Shown here piece after piece: positions 61,601 to 64,000 of a DNA stretch of 64,000 bases (positions are counted from its first letter, which is position 1; the number at the start of each line of letters is the position of its first letter). Below the pieces are notes generated by a model. The model worked only from the letters and a program-made list of their open reading frames with translations, did no database searches and was not told the DNA's origin. The position numbers and the translations under genes are program-made. This DNA comes from Promethearchaeati archaeon (GTDB taxonomy: Archaea; Asgardarchaeota; Heimdallarchaeia; Heimdallarchaeales; Heimdallarchaeaceae), in the NCBI GenBank assembly GCA_013166775.1, contig JABLTJ010000004.1, positions 64,001 through 128,000 of the forward strand, given 5' to 3'.

Positions 61601-62138
61601 GAAGATATTCATGCTGTTCCATAATAATTGGTTCATTCTTTTCCAGGTTAATCATCAAGTGCATTTCATGGGTTATATCGTCCATGAAATACCTACTACG
61701 AATCTTAGCGGGGAGATCTACAGAAGACATTGAATAAAGCAAACACATTTTTGCTCCTAAACCGAATCTTCCACGTGTCTGAATAACACCATATTTAGTT
61801 CCTGTTAAAACTCTCCCAAATAGATCTGCAATCTCATTACCAGGAACTCCAACACCATTATCTCTGCATGATAATTGAAGAAAATCTAAATGCTTTTCCA
61901 GTTTCTTGTATTGTGTTACATCCAATAGCTCATTAATTTCTCTACTGGATAATTTTCTTAAATCAATAGAAATAATTGGACTAGTTCCTCTCTTTTCTGC
62001 TGAATCCAAGCCATTTTCAACTAATTCTCTTATGCTAGTAAAGACTGCTCTCATAGAATTTCCAAAGCCTGCAATAGCTCTATTCTCATTAAAAAAAGCT
62101 GCTGCAGACATCTTCTTTGTGATAGAATTTTCAGACAC
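49626..62138 (-). CDS. top6B: Giant DNA topoisomerase VI subunit B (4170 aa) with C-terminal tandem HhH-repeat array
   Basis: ELVENGLDS, DNGVG, GTKY, RGRFGLG, H2TH domain, RYANRIPL, KIPFPETSKE within the first ~560 aa; top6A starts 2 nt after its stop. Confidence 0.92.
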   Translation of the reverse strand: MSENSITKKMSAAAFFNENRAIAGFGNSMRAVFTSIRELVENGLDSAEKRGTSPIISIDLRKLSSREINELLDVTQYKKLEKHLDFLQLSCRDNGVGVPGNEIADLFGRVLTGTKYGVIQTRGRFGLGAKMCLLYSMSSVDLPAKIRSRYFMDDITHEMHLMINLEKNEPIIMEQHEYLPGDPNYLEEPGLEISITFTGAWRLAKNSVKEYFKQLAIITPYSSFKVRLPGDKEGETEELDYESVVDDMPPPPQPVKIHPWGCDITQFKAELAVTRSKKLKEFLATQFMGVNEEIAEHFFQLLEIDPNKSPKDITSHEIRRIVHEGFVKAYQEAKDVKRKRDRIFQFDAPRGTALSPLGSNRLRKGLEKELQPKFVEAITRAPKAYSGHPFVIEAALGYGGGVAEASQVKGATVTDNKIIYRYANRIPLVFGAGNDVITHVVSSIRWSDYGLTRQSDPLAIAVSLVSTKIPFPETSKEYVSIVPEIEEEIRLALMQLGRRLKTFLSRAKRKRREHARLSRFVRSAPIIVENLTKILEDEDLSYTDFRLETDRIAAALAHGATKKVKLFMPLGKRLFGANVWCPSRIQSALKSKEIESVADFLITPSKELVTLLSLSEEDIYNIKLRTISELDREGMSPGFDPKIFVSRTIEKRFISDNGKSFDSLKDSLYRRWIQNSYHYFATDFYKLQSVAGLPEKLFENMREDLLHQFLLNRNKKNGAAISSEGKQLIASLTKTTDLKIQTLFPSFDYLKDNSKGLIAQETTIEEFLFQTKLPTTINYQAEITAILVNYMQNVYSQLCDKFPDFAKTNITKMTPDWTDAYTKNAFHRRKIKTIENFLNTNLDELIVIKELERKLYASYMDILSSSSKSISLSKLQFTTDESLNQEESEVKKILATNKISTLLDLIYLPVNSIHNKKFASLRDFLLKESKYKLLSHIRETKQDKDLSHIKIIPQDIERDLTALQIFTTSSFLAYPSPQLRKVGLRKKDIEWIKKKLGVPIPSWIDEPEFFKTEGIVTLEELFYNPPEAYSLSSENKKKYIEISTFLRTPLIFAFPSLRKNSNLLYDVGINCIGRFTLWSNSELAEILNLSEIKIEEFKKTVSAEEINKNRATFGKDIEIFKKIFPKFISYFDQFNLNLQDLFSVYPTEKPSLTQDFWKNFESLNKLSNLELIELTQIYSSKFKEHPELKNTLLKLKLRNIVTIRQFLDLLPEIIESELSSTKERKLALNLYNKIKTRDIDEESEFNKQIVLISEYDEFLRSLALPISRISGLTLDDYDKLRNYGIIAIHQIFDFTVAELASILGKEEENVTQLFENFSILKQGTFFFEKKGNKYESLISFEFEESERFSSPEIVSLILSGYDTIDKIFYLANPLTFSSAFVNWNVIEKFRKLLRSPLTLVTWEQEIKRAVKDEETEEDSYIDDILVSTLSTQQLNTLRNHGITKIIDLLVSQPSDLIEYLGIEIEEARSLQKNVRISDTGIDLSELGILEPRIVRELDIHNIVTIEDLYFSTSKDKWTIDSLPWYVIESFKAILNLPLNHISDMLDPEIIEILRKASISTLLGFMLSSPEALMEKTGIADERFETIKNALDLSDIFGYFSLPVYFLPSISFTNTEILRENGIQTIAEFIMAPAQKTSKLIKAQPEEVKEIITTLTTSSIQALYENKGIFAFETQLFDKHEQRVLSRDSIFQFERFQTIQELYYSTEEQYYYSNPEIWKKISAVQKYLTLPLKIFTEISEFSMEILEQNNINYVYQLLFIPDADLTDPVLFRVVSTYSSKIIIMQAFHYFANLPATVYNSSYFKKVVQDIENKTLFDVITDNKVIKDLMGKDQQYLTENYNLTLIRSILELPLRITPFFTRIRKARREEYKNVIIGDVFEIDFEEHSALQPFYTRLLEDDSLDRLIMELAIPIASMGLPRSIALKLSKSSVNTLIDFFSIPVKQISEITGNSQKEIREIKDALTYSDIVAFRLSQAHIIRPSEYLSEKKIEDLKDIGVSDIESFFYSASIMGISEILSIEEYKKAKELLSGSIRFIGFLSYDELKRLEFHEINSVIDLALVNKDELHQITQNPIYQEFHALDLISFDELAERRISSAIPLSVCPSIEEDYLEKLNDIGINSIQDFISRMEEIRESRPALVKLDIFREVQLYRASVAFIGLDNNQVRKLIYSGVGDILSFITEDVSTIALLLKMSEKKVQRFLERITPENLMKEVNRKGVKLEEFSVLSKGKIASLLRTGKEYVQDLYSLNYQAYPSISVSGDYMREFLNGCHISVYRIKELSSEDKLRLIGEGILRLIDLFNSSDKDLKSAFEGSVPKEISKIRKGAFTLSKGAQLKLNEPIIQLLKSLEFDPTKKAAEDLFGFIPEALMQLTESDKIVKTSSIAFIEQLVSFLCLNVLSIPGISIPTKSVLWNKGIKHVIELLSLNLSELTGVSKETTSEIRNFKREFELSKKMSETFSQFIDHSLSFPNKAEKQFMKYGLSSALLIIDFIPHPVFELDDLEKSIIRIATSNMFKPISWLTSDLSLSVKQLLSLAQIGGINIISGLLLLSQNEQYQSLYSKTTEFLNSSIIQFSPPDWAIKLEDTKIITDPSILKKLKDEKIIFLDELLSLDSKIVENESLLAEVYPLILSLKSLPLSSVDNLSTKQIDKIKGHGIRNLYQFLLVPTPLLSAITKIPEEQVTRNKTTQDIKLLEQNVKQTGMDLSLFPEISQDTRKILADYGCVSLIQASKLNLDLLPFSNEERNKIVKLTSYLLTPITLIGKTLKFKHTEIKDLLSNSVITYTNLLEIPPKNWSPSLHKLIDNQKEDPNYLVKLFKNIKKQGIGLEKLSLSAKLTTPLLQIGVSTIEHLYFIPIEYIVKNTRLKSNDINALRDKLSYNISYLSTITQESIDFCYDLGLTTIIEHLIFIKKLPKNIQEEILDSLSLIKSIRESGFVEPLSELEVFLQQKGFSSYKALITSPSFKEDEEIYTKFAPYLLANLKYLEVDPKILDKWKKADFTIIADLFFMSPSIVAATTKTKVSDIQNQIDSFKIDNIIQKLDTIAEKIADEFFFLSTADRNFLKSIGIYSLDELAGNSIYDWLVSEKKIQQIRNKTRSALATSILYYPSISEHTLSDIKRDYFETGITTVQELISSSTQAEKNKIIGFMKLFSANKTAVKSDYIPLSQYLENDNPGELFSKKVSVSNVNTVVDLVTVLEQNKDSLSILGHKINQSFQNPVSSLSFLSKSDTENLALKGVFTVGELIIKPGSFWTNLTPASFKEAIITSLTSLSYKKIETDVSKKVQLSKIKIFDAETKKETLKHYSTMDDLIYSLKQENYPISRALGNKIQRRLNTPIQLLLFPNVTIKSWQRLLQSIKTIEDLYLLTNKELSSILSLKQTEVEKLRYSLTEGNIGHHPIIKENKLFSKKDIDILKQKDIKTYVDLFEKKVKLEKVPNYILDKIKIFKQLNLKDFDSTSEFSLSILDLAYLAPSIDKMTMEKKQRDSISTVINFIFSKGLPLSQILNLESKDQKLEMSDSTIEYLLLLEKHKTAIYDQTKSHLHSKISKRFKELVPFLSRSPILLAPTRNSIDQVAKLPYRNIRELLLEDSIKIKKQISETTFLRNLRNISISLLNDLEKELTNLPSELLSGSNISQLESNTIYSIEEAIIFNRQSSAKTSSLWKLTETVCSMVETELLSLPPIRQSKNIQKLVSELKLVNIYDLLLYCKSTTPESDKLSCANLLPKLSSTKVERMLDDEQKRLSSFIRGSELAPFLRKQKIRSFGTLIKHLENTEIADYEPELVELVIALRAPINLFVNQERLISKLEVAGIVQVIDFIVVPDVRKVVKMSLTEQEQTIVQKLQSSLSLLSIKDALVNKSYPVDKIGLFDKNTKKLLKISGYTTIAHLKASEELIASTSRLNKLQISRIQKLLETPIYYLTDMIKINAQSVFLLHSKNINNLWDLFATLVQQLSKIITLPVKDLRSLYASLNPESLKQAEKDQVEIRKTLPHITEGNIAQLKGSSITTLQALLMPDTEMKNSTSLKDPNVKKLIGILEQPIGTLEIKPEVIKQIKQLGITTIKDFVVYPAAQLDEKTDLSYMAIKSLKSRLPPKKVKVIKKTSTSKPVTKKATPKKAGSTSVKPKTSVTTKSADRKSAKARQTTLLDMTKSNKNTTTVKKSSNTQKKEGN
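49870..60400 (-). repeat. Protein-level tandem repeat array (~60-65 aa unit, HhH/RadA-NTD/alphaCTD-like)
   Basis: Recurrent L..P[IL]..L....L...GI.T[IL].[DE]L motif; about 50-57 copies counted by eye. Confidence 0.8.
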
Positions 62139-62307
62139 GTTGTCTACCCCACTTTATAACTCATATTTAACTTTCTATTATATTACATTAATTATAGTCT
62201 TACACGAGTATATAGTTTACAGAATCAGATATCTATATTTAAAGTTAAATTTTACCGGCAAAAATTGTTAAAATTAAGAAAATGGAAAAAGAAAAGAAGG
62301 AGAGGTG

Positions 62308-63999
62308 TTACGATTTCCTGAATTTAGGTCCAGTTCTATAAAGAACAACTGACGTAACTACGAAACCAATTGTAACTAAGAATAAAGAAGCAAAAGCACC
62401 TATGGTACGGTTTGCATCTGCATTACTGATTTCATCTAGGAAATTCACCAGAAGGTATTCATAGAACTTAGAAGTTGCTCTGTGAACATCTTCTCCCCAA
62501 AAGAGAGTTCCCATGTTACCTGTTAATCCAGGATTAGTTGTGTGCCATGTTCTGTATCTATCACTTTCAGCTAAAATATCAGGATCTATAATCCATTCAT
62601 CTCTAACAGCGTCATAATAACCATATAACGTTGCATTAAGAAATGCATAAGCTTCTGAAAATCCTTCCACTCCTGTACAGTACTGTACTCTATCTTCTCT
62701 TAGAATAACACTTCCAGTGACAGGCTCTGCTCTCATATTTTGCATATGGAAAGGATCTCTGGAAAATCCAGGGAGAGAGTGCGTAAGCTCAAAATCACTA
62801 GGGCGGAAATCAAGATCATACATTCTATTCCATCTTCCTACGTGTATGAAACTAGAGTTCAGAAAGTTGGAAGTTATCATCCAATAAATATCTGTCATTG
62901 CTAATTGTCTGAGCGGTACAGTAGCTTGAGCAGTATAAACTAGAACATCTTGATCATAGAAGATAGCAGTATCTGTCAGAGAAGAATACGCAAATGGTCT
63001 AAAGAAGAATTCACTCCATTGTTGTCGTAAACCTTTTTCAGCATAAGGATAAACAGCAAAATTGTCGTAAGTTTCGTTAAATATTAATTCTGATTCTATA
63101 AGTGTCCAATCATTAAATTGAATCTTTGAATCTTGTCTCCAACACTCAACGAATGCATGCAACTCATCTCGTTCAAGTTCTTCAAAAGTGCCACCAACCC
63201 CTAACTCTAAATGGACAAGACCTTCAGAACCATCAGCAAGGTAAATATCATCTAGATCAGCAAAAATACCATATGCTGAACCTAAATGGTCAGTTCCATC
63301 AAATCTGTGTAGTTCTGTTAGGGTTGCAGGTGCAGTTGTACTTACAATTGTGAATCCATAATCACCTTGTGTAAGATAAGCTCTTGCTGTACCTTCATCA
63401 ACATAGAGATTGTTGAAATAAGTCTCTGCTGGATCGTAGGAGAATTGATCTAATTCTGTGAGAATACCATCAAAATCAACACTAAAAGTAAGTAATCCTT
63501 CTATTTGATCTAAAACATAAACAGTACTACCTTTAGCTTTGATATCAATAACGTTTTTGAGATTTGGAAAATCAGCTGCATTATAGTGTAACACATCACC
63601 TAAATAACCTGTAGCTTGCTCAATTTCTACAACATTGATTCCATCTGTACCTAGTGCTATATATGCATGTCTTCGATTATCGTTAACATCAATTGCAATA
63701 GCAGTACCGTTTAATGCTTTGGTCTCTATAGTTGTACTTATTGCTCCTTCTGAACCAATTGTATCGCTTATTCTAGCATATGTTATTCCATATACACCGT
63801 TAGCGATATACAGAGCATCAAATGGAAGACCTTCTCCCATGGAAGAATAATCTATATCTCGCATGTCAGAGTCGCCAAAATTACTCCATTGATCTACTTC
63901 ATATATTGAGGCTGGATTTGTTGCATTCAACACTTCTAATCCTCTTGCTCCTTCAACAGCATATACATATCCATCAACTACTGCAAAACCTAATATTTG
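62308..63999 (-). CDS. LVIVD-repeat (beta-propeller) surface protein with C-terminal TM anchor; 5' end lies outside the window
   Basis: Repeats YVYAVEGARGLEVLN, AYIALGTDGINVVE, AYLTQGDYGFTIVS, IYLADGSEGLVHL; frame stays open past 63933 to the window end; C-terminal TM plus basic tail. Confidence 0.82.
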   Translation of the reverse strand, partial: QILGFAVVDGYVYAVEGARGLEVLNATNPASIYEVDQWSNFGDSDMRDIDYSSMGEGLPFDALYIANGVYGITYARISDTIGSEGAISTTIETKALNGTAIAIDVNDNRRHAYIALGTDGINVVEIEQATGYLGDVLHYNAADFPNLKNVIDIKAKGSTVYVLDQIEGLLTFSVDFDGILTELDQFSYDPAETYFNNLYVDEGTARAYLTQGDYGFTIVSTTAPATLTELHRFDGTDHLGSAYGIFADLDDIYLADGSEGLVHLELGVGGTFEELERDELHAFVECWRQDSKIQFNDWTLIESELIFNETYDNFAVYPYAEKGLRQQWSEFFFRPFAYSSLTDTAIFYDQDVLVYTAQATVPLRQLAMTDIYWMITSNFLNSSFIHVGRWNRMYDLDFRPSDFELTHSLPGFSRDPFHMQNMRAEPVTGSVILREDRVQYCTGVEGFSEAYAFLNATLYGYYDAVRDEWIIDPDILAESDRYRTWHTTNPGLTGNMGTLFWGEDVHRATSKFYEYLLVNFLDEISNADANRTIGAFASLFLVTIGFVVTSVVLYRTGPKFRKS

Positions 64000-64000
64000 G

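Overview
AT-rich archaeal chromosomal segment, most likely from an Asgard archaeon (Heimdallarchaeia-like). This is inferred from archaeal core genes (radA, alba, top6A/B, archaeal gltX, DGGGP synthase, iorAB) occurring together with eukaryotic-signature proteins: two Rab-like GTPases, a gelsolin-domain protein, a membrane-anchored RING protein and a probable longin-domain protein. The outstanding feature is the topoisomerase VI operon. Top6B is a 4170-aa giant: an intact ~560-aa GHKL/H2TH/transducer core, then ~3500 aa of roughly 50-57 diverged helix-hairpin-helix (RadA-NTD/alphaCTD-like) repeats, then a Lys-rich tail with a PIP-box-like motif. Its partner Top6A carries an N-terminal extension that resembles ubiquitin. 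Other notable loci are a tightly coupled CPBP (Rce1-like) protease / Rab-like GTPase / HEAT-repeat operon, a split type IV pilus locus with five pilin-like genes, and several C-terminally anchored surface proteins. Housekeeping genes include a heterodimeric ABC exporter, class II RNR, YggS, an aminotransferase and dUTPase. I saw no rRNA, tRNA, CRISPR array or mobile element. All assignments come from motif recognition by eye; no searches were run.
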